Shown piece after piece: positions 24,824-36,742 of a stretch of DNA of 64,000 nucleotides. Source of the DNA: Bigelowiella natans CCMP2755 (taxonomy: Eukaryota > Protista > Cercozoa); the NCBI GenBank assembly GCA_000320545.1, contig ADNK01001082.1, forward strand, positions 1 to 64,000, in the 5' to 3' direction. How positions within the stretch are numbered: the first letter of the stretch is position 1; each line of letters begins with the position of its first letter. A program made the translations under genes and the position numbers. The notes under the pieces were generated by a model. It did no database searches. It had not been told where the DNA came from and worked only from the letters and a program-made list of their open reading frames with translations.

Positions 24824-25149
24824 CGTGTGTGCATATATGTTATGTATTCATCTTATCTATACATATCGAGTTTATATGTAAGGACTAGCGAACAAAAATA
24901 TAGCTTTGAACCTTGTTCTTCACCTTCCCCACCTCTCCCGCCACTACCACGACCACTATCGTCATCATCGCCATAATGATCACCATCATCATCATCATCA
25001 TCATCATCACCTTGCTAACTGTTCCCATCCCTTAACCCTACGCCACTGCATAACGCGCAGCTCCTTTTCCAGCACCAAATGAACATTTCTGAGATGAAAG
25101 AACAAAGAATTGGAATAAGACTAGCATTCGTGAAACCATAGAAAGAAAG

Positions 25150-25192
<43 letters not shown>

Positions 25193-26083
25193 GTGGGAGG
25201 GGGGGCGGAGCACAGCAGCAGCAGGAGGAGGAAGGAGGAGAGGTAGCGACTATGCTATTAACGAGCTATGTGAAACCAAACACTGCACGTACTTTTCCGT
25301 TTATAAAATCTTTCAATTATCCGTAAATTGATTTTATTTGGTTCTAGTTTCTTCTAAATGTGATTATTGATAATAACATCGAATTACCTGTGGTACGTAT
25401 ACCAGAAGAGCAATGTCCTCTGCATAATGCTAAGATCATCGCCCTGCACAACCGATTGTTCAGTTAAATTCATAGCAAAATTTTGAAGCTATTCGAGGAT
25501 TAAATTTCGAAGAAACTGTAAGTATCGATAACATTTACGCAAAACAACAAATGGCTATCATGTTGCAAGAAGGAAATAATCACTACTTGCTCTCTTGAAT
25601 TCCAGTATCATTCAATTTTAAGATTTAATAATAATTTGTGATTACGTGCAGTTGATCGTATAGCAAGTAATGCGGAACACGCACACGCACAAACATGCAT
25701 CGGCGCAGCACTACCACATCGACCAAAGAAACCCTATATTATAATGATGAAATGTAAAGTGTAATCTTGACCTCATTTCCAAGCACCAACTCGACGCAAT
25801 CTAGGTACTGCGACTGTAAGTATTCAACATCGCAGAGGCTCGATATCTAACAACGAAATGACAGGTGTGGTTAATGAGGTGTGGTTCGGGACAAGAACAA
25901 AAACACCACCACCAACAACAACAACAACGAAAACAATGAGCAGGGAGAAGGAGATAGAGGGGGGGAAATGAAACGGAAGAAGAAGAAGATGATGATGATG
26001 AAGAAAGGATAGTGACTTAAGAAATCATAAGCCAAAGCACAGATTTGACAATGAAGAACAGACATCCATCCATATTTCTAGTA

Positions 26084-26145
<62 letters not shown>

Positions 26146-26270
26146 AGCACACAAACATACATATACCTCAAGTAATTCTTGGACAAGATCTGTCAGCCCA
26201 GCTCCGTCTTTTGCTAGGTACCATGTTGTCCATGTTAATAACATCACCATTCAATTGGGCGGTGGTCATA

Positions 26271-26325
<55 letters not shown>

Positions 26326-26433
26326 TCATTACATGCAGTTATCCAAACACAAAGCAACCCAACAGACAACAACAACCACGAACAACATCGATCCCCCCCG
26401 TCCTATCCACCGTCTAGGAGCATACTGAAGGAG

Positions 26434-26470
<37 letters not shown>

Positions 26471-26777
26471 CAGTCGGTACCTGCCCAGAAGGACTCTGTC
26501 GTAAGTTCCTCGAGCTAGAAGATATATCATAGCATCAGAAAGAAGTAAGGTGCAGTACTTTTTGTTCCAAACATCATAACGGTTTACATTTATTAGTACA
26601 TACAGTACCATCTAATGAGTATTATCTCATGTTTCTAATAATACTATGATTCATGTACCGCCTGGGACGTTGTTGCTAGCCTGGCGATCTCATTCTGCAG
26701 GGAATAATCCACAAAAGTAGTTTATATATTGTAGTATGTTATGGTATGTAGATGTGTGTGTATGCGTGCATGCATGT

Positions 26778-26816
<39 letters not shown>

Positions 26817-27825
26817 AAAAGGGGAGGAAGTGTGTCGGAATGAATACTATATTGATAGTACAGTACAGAAATCTTATTTTCCTCATCTGATGGATTTTAT
26901 GGTTATCATTATATGAGCTGCTGCTGACTACCAGTGACTTGTTGATATCCTTCAACTTCTGGTTTAGAGCATGTTCTTCTTCTTTCAACTCTGTGAGTCT
27001 TTTTCTTATTTGTGGTGGCACTTCCACCTTTTGCACTACATTGACCACCTCCTCCTCCTCCTCCGCAACAACACCTACCTCGTCTTCCTTTTCATCATCA
27101 TCACCACCACCATTCTCTGCTTGCTGCTTTGATGCAATAGGTTGTATGCTCATTTGCATTATTTTAGAAGCAGTATCATCGATTACCGCACCGTTGGTTA
27201 CGTCATCATTGACGTCGTCATTACTATCATTGTGCTTAAAAATTTCATTTGAATCGTTGTTATCGAAGCTCCACAAATGCGGCCCCAATCCCTCCCCAAC
27301 AACTGGGGAAATTGAAAGCAAGTCTTTCGGAGAGGGGGGCAGGGACGAAGACGATACTGATTGTCTTCCGCATCCTGGAGAAAGCGATGGAGCGTTTAAT
27401 TCGTTACGCCTCCTCCTTCTGCTAATACTGACATCTTCCTCACAATTGGTGCTACTATCAGGAACCGATTTTTCACTAGCTCTATCATCAACGCTCTCTC
27501 CTCTTCGCTTCGCTTGTAATTGTAGCTGTATATGTGCCCGTAGTCGTTGAGTTCCTTCACCTTCGATTCTTTGTCTTACTCCCTGCTGCTGCTGTAAATC
27601 TGAGCGACTACTATCCTCGAGATGTGAGCCACTACGATGATGATGATGATGACTGCTGTGAGAAACATCACTGGTTGTCATGGTGCTAGCTGCTGTCTTT
27701 GATATCGTTGGCGGCATCGTCCCTATTGGTGTCGCTTTCTCCTCCTGTACACTTCCACGTGCTACTTTGCTATCTTCTTCGCCTTTTCTCTTCATCTGAA
27801 GCTATACAGCAACGCGCACACAAGT

Positions 27826-27904
<79 letters not shown>

Positions 27905-27981
27905 GTTACAGGCATGTTCGTGCATGGAATGACAAGTGGGAGTAGCGTATAAAAGTGATATGGAGCTTAGTCGTTTAGATA

Positions 27982-28040
<59 letters not shown>

Positions 28041-28042
28041 TG

Positions 28043-28082
<40 letters not shown>

Positions 28083-28528
28083 ACAAACACAATCAACGTA
28101 AATTCGTTCTGTCACCAGCATACCCTCACTAGCACAATCATTGAAATTGTAAGTATTATTATTTACCCCATCGAGTCTTAACTTCATCGGAGATTGCTGC
28201 TTGGAACCTGGGCAGCATATTTATGTAATATATATATGTGTGTGTGTGTAATTATCACTCAGATAGTCCACTTTATATCACTCCATCCGCATGAACATAT
28301 ATTTCTGCCCCAAAGTAGGCACACAGAGAGAGGGGGATGGGGGGGGGGAGGGGTGGAGAGATTGAAGCTGTGAATGCGTGTGGATGATGTTGTACGAGTT
28401 ATCCGCACCTTTCCTTCTCACTACTCTTCTTCTTAAGCTGGCTCTCAATTTTGCACTTTTTATCGGCACCAATCCGGACTGGGAAACTCTGGCAATGGTA
28501 TTGTTATATTGTGTGTATGTGTGCGTGT

Positions 28529-28573
<45 letters not shown>

Positions 28574-30336
28574 GATGAATTGAGTTACATACATGCCCCA
28601 CCCACCACCTACCACAGATATAATATATATTCTTCTTCTTGTAAACCTAACCACAACCCTTATCGCCCCTTTTGCTATCTGACGTGTTTATTCGTTGGCT
28701 GACATCACAGAGCGTAATATTACCTCTTCTGAAGGGAGGAAAGCTTCATAGCGATTGTTGGTAGTTTTCGTGGTTTGCTGCCATCGTTTTCGCCCCAGAG
28801 GCGGGGTTTGAAGGAAGGCGATTGCATCCCAACGAATAGCTCTGAAATATTCCTGTTACTAACAGGGAGTAGTTGTCGCAAATAAATGAAACGGATTATG
28901 AATAGCGATGATCGTTGAAGACAAACAAATACGACATAACATCCAACTCAAGTATAGATAAACGACAGAATGCAACATAAATAAAGCTATGATTCACTTA
29001 AATCGTCATCATTCTGGTTATTGTCTTTGCATTACCATAGGCTCCTATATTCTCGTCGGTATAAATTATCTAAGTATCATCATCATCATCATCTTCATCA
29101 TCATCACCACCACCGCCAGCACTTCACACAATCATCATCTACTTTGTCATTCGAAGGGGTCTTTTCCTTTCTGCGCCATTATCATCGTCTTTGTCATAGC
29201 CATGAATATCATCGTCGCGCTGAGTTGCTGGCACAAGGAGGAAAGAGTTCGTGAGAAGAACAAACCCGCAGTAAAGTTGTTATATTTTTGCTGCTGAATG
29301 CGTTTAGAAGATATTGTATCCCGCTTCTAGAGCAACAGAACATACTATGAACCTATTATTATTATCCTATACCGTATGTTACTACTACGCATATTCTGTA
29401 CACTGGAATCTACAAGTGCTTGATATATCACCTATTCTGCTGCAGCTACTGCTACTACTGTCGCGTTTACGATAGGACGCTCGATGTCGGCGCCGATGGA
29501 TATAATGGTTTTTCGGGTTTCGAATGATCTTGCCCAACACCCTCATTGCTCCTTTCTCGAGATCATAGGCGCTTCCAACTCCAGGTAGGCGCTGTCTCTT
29601 GCCTCGTCGTCGTATCCCAGATCTGCCTGAAGAAGCGGTAATGGTCTTGCCTGTGGAATAGAAACAAAGCAGCACACGACCCAATCATAACAAATTCATT
29701 GTCGACATTATTGTAGTATTCAAATTCAGAAATCTAAGGTTATTCTTCTTACCCTTTCGCAGCCTTCCCGTAGGGCTTTGTGTGGTTGGTGGGTTCTCAC
29801 GAGTCATAGCCGCTGCTGTTATCTTGAATAAGTCGAAGGATGCGTTGGTGGGAAGGGAGGACGAAAGCTGCCGTTTATCTCCCTCGCGAGGGAACATTCG
29901 ATCTGCAATGCTGCTTTGATCTGGAAACAGCAGGCAATGTAAGTAGACGTATGGTCACAGCAAGTATAAAATCGAAACACGCTCTAGTCTTTGTATGGGA
30001 CAATTATGAATAGGACTCTAAACCATTGGATATTGAAGTAACGTACAGTGTAAAATAGCATAAGACCTTCCTTCATCGGAGAGGGATGCAGCTTAGTAAG
30101 CGGTGTTAAAGCCCTCTTCATTTTATGTTGTGGGACGAGGAATGAAGGTGAAGGAGAAGGAGCTCCAGAACTGTCGCTCAGGGTAGCAATACTGCTGAAA
30201 GAAGGGCTCTCTATGACACGGTCTCCTATAGTTTGATATGTGGTAGAAGCAGTAATGAAGTAAGACAGTGTACTTAGTTATTCGGCATGGCCAGGCTAAC
30301 AGGTGTAAAATCGACTACTCGCAAGCAAAACAATGA

Positions 30337-30384
<48 letters not shown>

Positions 30385-31130
30385 TCCAGAAGGCTTCATT
30401 AATCTCTGATATTCTAGAACCTACCATCCGAAAGATCAATACGATGGCGCCTCAAAGGGATGAATTTCTTTGCACCATTTTTGCTATTGTTGGTTGGGCT
30501 TTGCTGCCCTCTTACTGACAAAGACAGATTCGGGCAAGAGAGGGTCGAGATTAAGGTTCCTATGGCTGTCTTCTTACTCGACTTTCTCCGTAATTGTCCT
30601 CTGGAAGGGCTTTGCTTTGCTCGCCGTATGGATGGAGGCTTGATGCGGCTGTTACCACCCAGGATTTTTGAAGAATCTGATGAGCCACCAAACTCGCGAA
30701 GCTTCTCGAAAGAAGAGGGGCTCTCCCTCCGCTGCCACTTAATTTCCCCTCTCGCTGTGAAGCTGCTGCGGTTTTCTAAGCTTTTACTGCCAACATGCCG
30801 GGTCACTCTATTGATTAAGTGCGTAGAATTTGAGGTGAAAATACTGCGCCCGATGAAGCTACGATTGCGTCTACTGTCATTTCCATAGAACACTTTGGGA
30901 GAGTGCGTTTGTTTCTTGACGCCGCTGATGTTAGTTCCTGACGAATAGATCCGAATATAAGATATGTTTTGTAAGAAGGAATTAGTGAGTAACTCCCTAC
31001 CAGAATTTGAGCTCTGTCGAGAGCGAGGGCTTGTTGGTATCAGCCCGGTACGCTGGTGATCCCGGAAATCACTTGCATCTTCTTGAATCTGACCTTGCAG
31101 CTTACGGCGAGACTTCCGCAAGGGCTTCAT
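24456..31130 (-). CDS. Large uncharacterised protein: long S/R-rich disordered N-terminal region, coiled coil, multi-exon helical C-terminal domain
   Basis: Long ORFs 31130-30414 and 27795-26900 plus GT-AG bounded exons (LEELTTESFWA, YLAKDGAGLTDLVQELLE, EYLQSQYLDCVELVLGNE, SIMQRTLLFWYTYH, NVHLVLEKELRVMQWRR, YEIEHSSLYKIIP..RAS*). No family recognised; could be more than one gene. Confidence 0.65.
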
Positions 31131-31140
31131 GCATGCAACC

Positions 31141-31204
31141 CTAGCTCCTCATCGAGGGAAGGGGGCTCCTCATCGAGGGAAGGGGGCTCCTCATCGAGGA
31201 AGGG
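31141..31204 (-). repeat. 21-nt tandem repeat x3 just upstream of the orphan gene start
   Basis: CTCCTCATCGAGGGAAGGGGG repeated; on the minus strand it encodes MRSPLPSMRSPLPSMRS*. Confidence 0.9.
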
Positions 31205-31765
31205 GTATGATATTAAGACCGGGAACTGCGAAGTCAGAAAACCTCTGAGAAAATAACGTGAGAATCACGTAAAATTTTTCCTTGCGACAGAATTATTTAT
31301 ATGTCGCAGGGATGGAAACCGCATTCACACTGTTTTTTAGTGAATTTTGTGTGGTTCGGTAACGCTCAGATCCCCAGATCTACACATTTCAGATCTCGTT
31401 ATCTACGGCAATAAACAATGGATCAATGGTGGACCAAATCGAGGCCATTTTTGTCAAAAGTAAAACTTGCTTCGTTGAAGGTTTGTAAGAAGTTGTTGTT
31501 GTACATGTTGTTGTTGCTGTTCTATCCATCATAAGATGTATACAGCATGAATAATTATCTAACCGTAGTAGATCTACTAGTAGTCGTTCTTAATGCAATG
31601 ATCATTCCCACTCATCCCACTGGAATGGAGTAGCACACACTGAGCTGAGCCCACACTACTGATTGAGCACAATCACCAACAGCGGGTACATAAAACAACT
31701 ACATGTAATGGAACACACCGCCCCCTCCGCTCGGGAGGCCGCTTGAATTTTCACGCCCATAGTTG

Positions 31766-32852
31766 ATGGTAGCAGTGCTCTGGGTGGCGCTTTACTATGT
31801 TACCGTCGCAAGCTCTGCGGGACGAACCCAGGGCACACGTGATGCTTGCTCACGTGAGGCCCATACTCTCATAGGCTCCTTCTCCTCCTCCTCCCAAATA
31901 CCTGCAGCTCTTCTTCCTGTGCCCAGGAAGAATACCCAATGCTACTCGTTCTGCAGAATCCCATACTCACCATTTTATATGACGATTGAGAATCTGCAAA
32001 GAACTGCTCTGGAATTTCACAGCTCTGGCCATCTTCCGGATGCTATCGACGCTTACCATCAACTCTCTTGTCACACCCCTAGGCCAAGCAGGAACCTTTG
32101 TTACAATCTCGCCATGGCGGTCTCATCGTTGTCGTCGTCATCATTATCATACGATGGAAGATATCCTGAGGCGCTTGTACTCTGGGAAACTCTCCATGAC
32201 CTATTCCCAAACGACCAGGAGGTATTTGTTCGAATGGTGGAAAGTAGTCTAGCCTATGGGTCTCCCACTCGGCACCTAAAGCTTTTAAAGAGAAGAATGA
32301 GAAGCAAAACTGAGGGCAATCTTCCAATATTATATCATGCGTTGAAAGGAGCTATTCAAGCCCATTCTGATCCGAGAGCAGCTGCGGAAACGTTCAAGCA
32401 TGCTGCAAGAATGGCTGCGGTCTTCCAGCACGCTCCTACGACGATGAAATTAGTATCATTAGCCCTCACGTACCAACATTCACCATATGCTAAGCCGAAA
32501 TGCATTGAAACCCTGGGCAATCGCTCCTCCCCCTCCCCGTCGGTCCCTTCTGTGGCGTTTGTTGGGTTGACAGTGGGGGGAGGAGCAGCACAGATCAAGA
32601 AGATGAGGTCTTCGATCGAAGCACTGGGCCACTCTATATCGCCGAACAATTATCAAGTTTTCATCCTGGAGAATGACTCAAAGGATGGGACGAAAGAGGT
32701 GTGTACAACAATAAGCTACCACATCTCTGATTAATCAATACTGCAAAAAAGGAAAAGCTGACTGTTTCTCCAGTTGGTTGAGTAACCAAAGGAAATGTTT
32801 CCACGTTGTTGAAATTTAGAGCTAAGCCCACGTGACGACGTTTTTTCTTCTC

Positions 32853-32897
<45 letters not shown>

Positions 32898-33386
32898 CAC
32901 ATGCTCTGTCGTCAATGTTCATCAGCATTTATTTTGGCGAGTGGTCTCCTCTCCTCCTTTGTTTACTATTGTGCAATAATATAGGCACTCCTTGAATGGA
33001 TGGAGCAACGCCCTTGCGTAGTACATGTTGATTGTATAGACATTGGGGGAACTTCAAGAACGTGATACACACACACACACAAACAGCAAACACAATAGAC
33101 AGCTTTCATACAACGATTTACCTACATCTTAAACAAGGACGATACTCAAACGCAGTAACGTCTTAACATTGGATTTCTGATAATCCTGCGACAACAGACA
33201 CGACTATCAGTTGTCTCATGTGGCATATAGCATGAACCTCCTTTCAGTCTTCTTACAGCTTCCTTGAGATTTCTTGCCATCACCACCACCACCACCACCA
33301 CCACCGAGATCGATCAAGCAACTGTTATGTTCGTTCTCTCACCGACGTTTCTTCTCCTTCTGTCCTAGAAGTTATAACAATTCATC

Positions 33387-33426
<40 letters not shown>

Positions 33427-33706
33427 GTCACCCATTAGATTTGGCTTCCAAGGGATGAGGACGAAGGTCCTCGCTATGATGCGTAACAGGGCCATGCGTA
33501 TGGCTCGCAAGCACCCTGCGTGGCCGTTTGATTTCGTTGTATCTATGGACTTGGATCTAGAAGCATTCAACCATTCCAGTGTTATACACGCTGCCTTTGA
33601 TGGTGATGGTGAGAATTACTACTCTTGGAAATCTTTGAAAGGCTGGAATGCTGTGTGTGCCAACGGTAGTAAGAAGACAAGCGGCGCCGTTAGTGAGTAG
33701 CAGTGA

Positions 33707-33742
<36 letters not shown>

Positions 33743-34100
33743 TACTGCGAAATTGGTAGAGTTTGTGCCCCCCCAAGACACAGATGAATCTCCCTTTTCT
33801 GAGTAAATAAGTGTGTGAATAAATACATAAGTAAATAATGGCAGGTATCTACCAGACCGCTTCACATCATTCTGGGAATAATAATGATTATCTATTCTAT
33901 GACGTCTACGCCTTGCGCTCTCAAAGCTTTCCATTTGCTCCTACGGATGACGAATCGAAGATACCCTTCGGCTCCTACTGGGGCGTTCTGGGCGACAGGC
34001 CATACATGTACGAAATGCAGGTGGCTCTTACCCGGAAACCTGGTGAGGATGGAATAGCAGCAGCACTTCAACAGATAGATCACTGTTAATGAATCGTTAC

Positions 34101-34135
<35 letters not shown>

Positions 34136-34902
34136 TCGATTCCACCGCAAATTGATATAAATATCATCATCTGTTGATGGCGCAATGTCTTCCAGGCGAT
34201 CCTCCTGTCAGAGTAGACTCTTGTTTCAGCGGATTCGCTATATATAAAGGGTGGGACTGTAGAAATAGGAATAAAACTGAAATCACAAACGAAGTAACGT
34301 TTGTTCTGCGATAAGAGGAAATGGGGTCATGTGGCACCACCAACGAATCATATTGTGCATAGCCTCTAAGTTTCTCACTGTATGTTTCTGCTCGTAGTAA
34401 AAGCGTGAACGTTCGTGAGTTTATTCCATTATTGATGAGCTCCATCTATGATTTATACATGACAGGGTGCTATTTGATGGATGCGAATATGATGCACACT
34501 TCGACTGCGAGCACGTGTTCATCCACAGGTCGTCTGTGGTATGCAAGTTGTAAACACTGCCTTGATGCTTGCACACATTGCATACCACACCTTCATTACT
34601 AAGATCACTGTATTATTTCAAACAAGATGCATGCTGGAGAAACACGGGCTACGAATGTACATGTTACCTGATATGAAGATTCTCTACCGTTTGGACGAAG
34701 AGAACCTGCAGCAGTGGGAAGAGGTGCTACTACGAAGTATCTCATTCAATAGCAACTCAAAGGAGTTGCGTGGTATTGATGAATTGGAGAATCTTATTAT
34801 TATTATTATTATTGTTATTATTATTACTTGCTACAGGTGGAAAGGAATTACAGAAAGAGACGGAAACAGAGTCGCAGAAAGATCAAGCCGAAGAATCCAT
34901 GA
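31766..34902 (+). CDS. Secretory-pathway glycosyltransferase, CAP59/GT69 (cryptococcal mannosyltransferase)-like GT-A domain with N-terminal TPR-like helices
   Basis: Signal/anchor MVAVLWVALYYVTVA. Motifs VFILENDSKDGT, RTKVLAMMRNRAM, VVSMDLDL (DxD), AVCANG, FYDVYALR, VRVDSCFSGFAIY and DCEHVFIH follow CAP59-like order. TPR-like segments GHLPDAIDAY and YPEALVLWE..FPND. Confidence 0.8.
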
Positions 34903-35049
34903 AATCGAGGCGATAATTCCTCAACCGCATTCCGCGTTGCTGACGTATCACAGACTAGGGAAGGCACAAGTATTGTGCTATACGGTGCCTAGTATAGCTA
35001 TTTGGAACATTGCTGGCAATGATCTCTGGAATCTTATATTTGTTCTTGC

Positions 35050-35141
35050 TAGTCATTGACTGCTACGTGCCGTGCATATATAACGCATGCGGTCGCCAAC
35101 AGCGCATGTGTAGCATGATCATTATTGTATATGTATAATAG

Positions 35142-35176
<35 letters not shown>

Positions 35177-35290
35177 TAATATGTGTACATGCCATGTAGC
35201 TTTGTACAGCTAGCATTAGGATGGCAATCTAGCAATTGAAAGAATCTAAATTTGCTTTCATTACAATTGCAACCGTCTCACACATCTAGA

Positions 35291-35327
<37 letters not shown>

Positions 35328-35980
35328 ACATGTCTAGATGTCAACAATCAAAATTTTCTTGTCGTTGCGTGTTTGCATCTATACGCTGTAACTGTTGCTG
35401 TAATAACAAATGAGCGACACGACAGTGCAGTAGCCACGCGCGAAAGCTACGACGTCCACGCATGGCAGCCTTCGCTAAATCACGTGCCCGTCACATCGAA
35501 CTAACACATGTTGAATCGCTCGCTGCTGCGAGCTAGCGAGCATTGAGTGATCGCTATATAACTGCTAGCGCATCATCCGTTGATACATGCAACCACAGGA
35601 GCGCGGAAATGCATCTGCTGATCGACATATCTAGATGTCATTGTCATGCTCATCCAAACATCCCCACGTCTAGCTAGGCCCGTCTATGTGCATCCTATCA
35701 ATTTTGTTGCTACACCAGGGAATCGACCTGCATGTAATGCTAGAATGTCAGATATTCGCATGCGTGCCGTGCGGCTAGCGTCCTCATAAGCTCATGGTAC
35801 AAGCACGTGCGTACGTCTCTAGGCAAACATGACAACATGCATCGCATGCATGTGCATACGACATTCTTCGAATCTATGCATTTCTGAGTACCAATAACTT
35901 ACATGCATTCTTACCATTGTTTTCTTCGATTCAAGCAATATAATAATGCAGATATAATATCTAGATGTCTAGATGTGATG
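35050..35980. other. Tail-to-tail spacer (GT/DP) rich in CTAG, CATG and TGCA, with repeated TCTAGATGT
   Basis: Same compositional signature as the other convergent spacers. Confidence 0.75.
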
Positions 35981-36063
35981 AGGTCCATCTCGGGTATAGA
36001 GGATCATGAACAAAAAGTAACTAAATTATTGTCATCGCAGTTGTTACTGCTGCTCTATCTTTG

Positions 36064-36094
<31 letters not shown>

Positions 36095-36742
36095 GCTTTC
36101 AACAAATGGTACTACTACTACTACTACTACTACTACTACATGTTTCTCTCCTAGATATAGATTTCACATAGAAACTGTCAGATGTAGCTATGGTGTGCTT
36201 ATATGATGGTTTTCTCAATTCTTTTACAACTTCTCTTTTGTAAATTCAACACGAACAAACAAGAAGATTTTAAGGAAGGAGTTATTTGTTTTATTAGGAG
36301 TTCTAAGCGGTCGTGCAACGAGGAGGAGCTAGGATGACGACACAATTGCTTACTTTACTCGTAGTAAATTGCTAATATAGTATATAATTATAAATCACTT
36401 CTTACAAAACGTTTGCTATATTTTATGTATTTTGCCTGGAGAATCAATATACAATATGAAATATGTATACACAAACATATAAATGTTATGTTCTATTATT
36501 TTTTTGGTTCATTCATTTTATACATAACTTATTGATATTCGAGAGAGAAAGAATGCATATGTTTTTTTGTTTTTATAGACGCCTCATTTCTCATGCTAAG
36601 GGCAGATTCTCATTATTCTGCTATTCATTATAGTTCCTCTCATATTCTTACTGCTACTTAATATTATCTGTAGTATTATTATATCTCATCCACATCACTG
36701 TAGTCTTCGTTCAGCGCAACACGCGTTTAGAAGACAGGGTCA

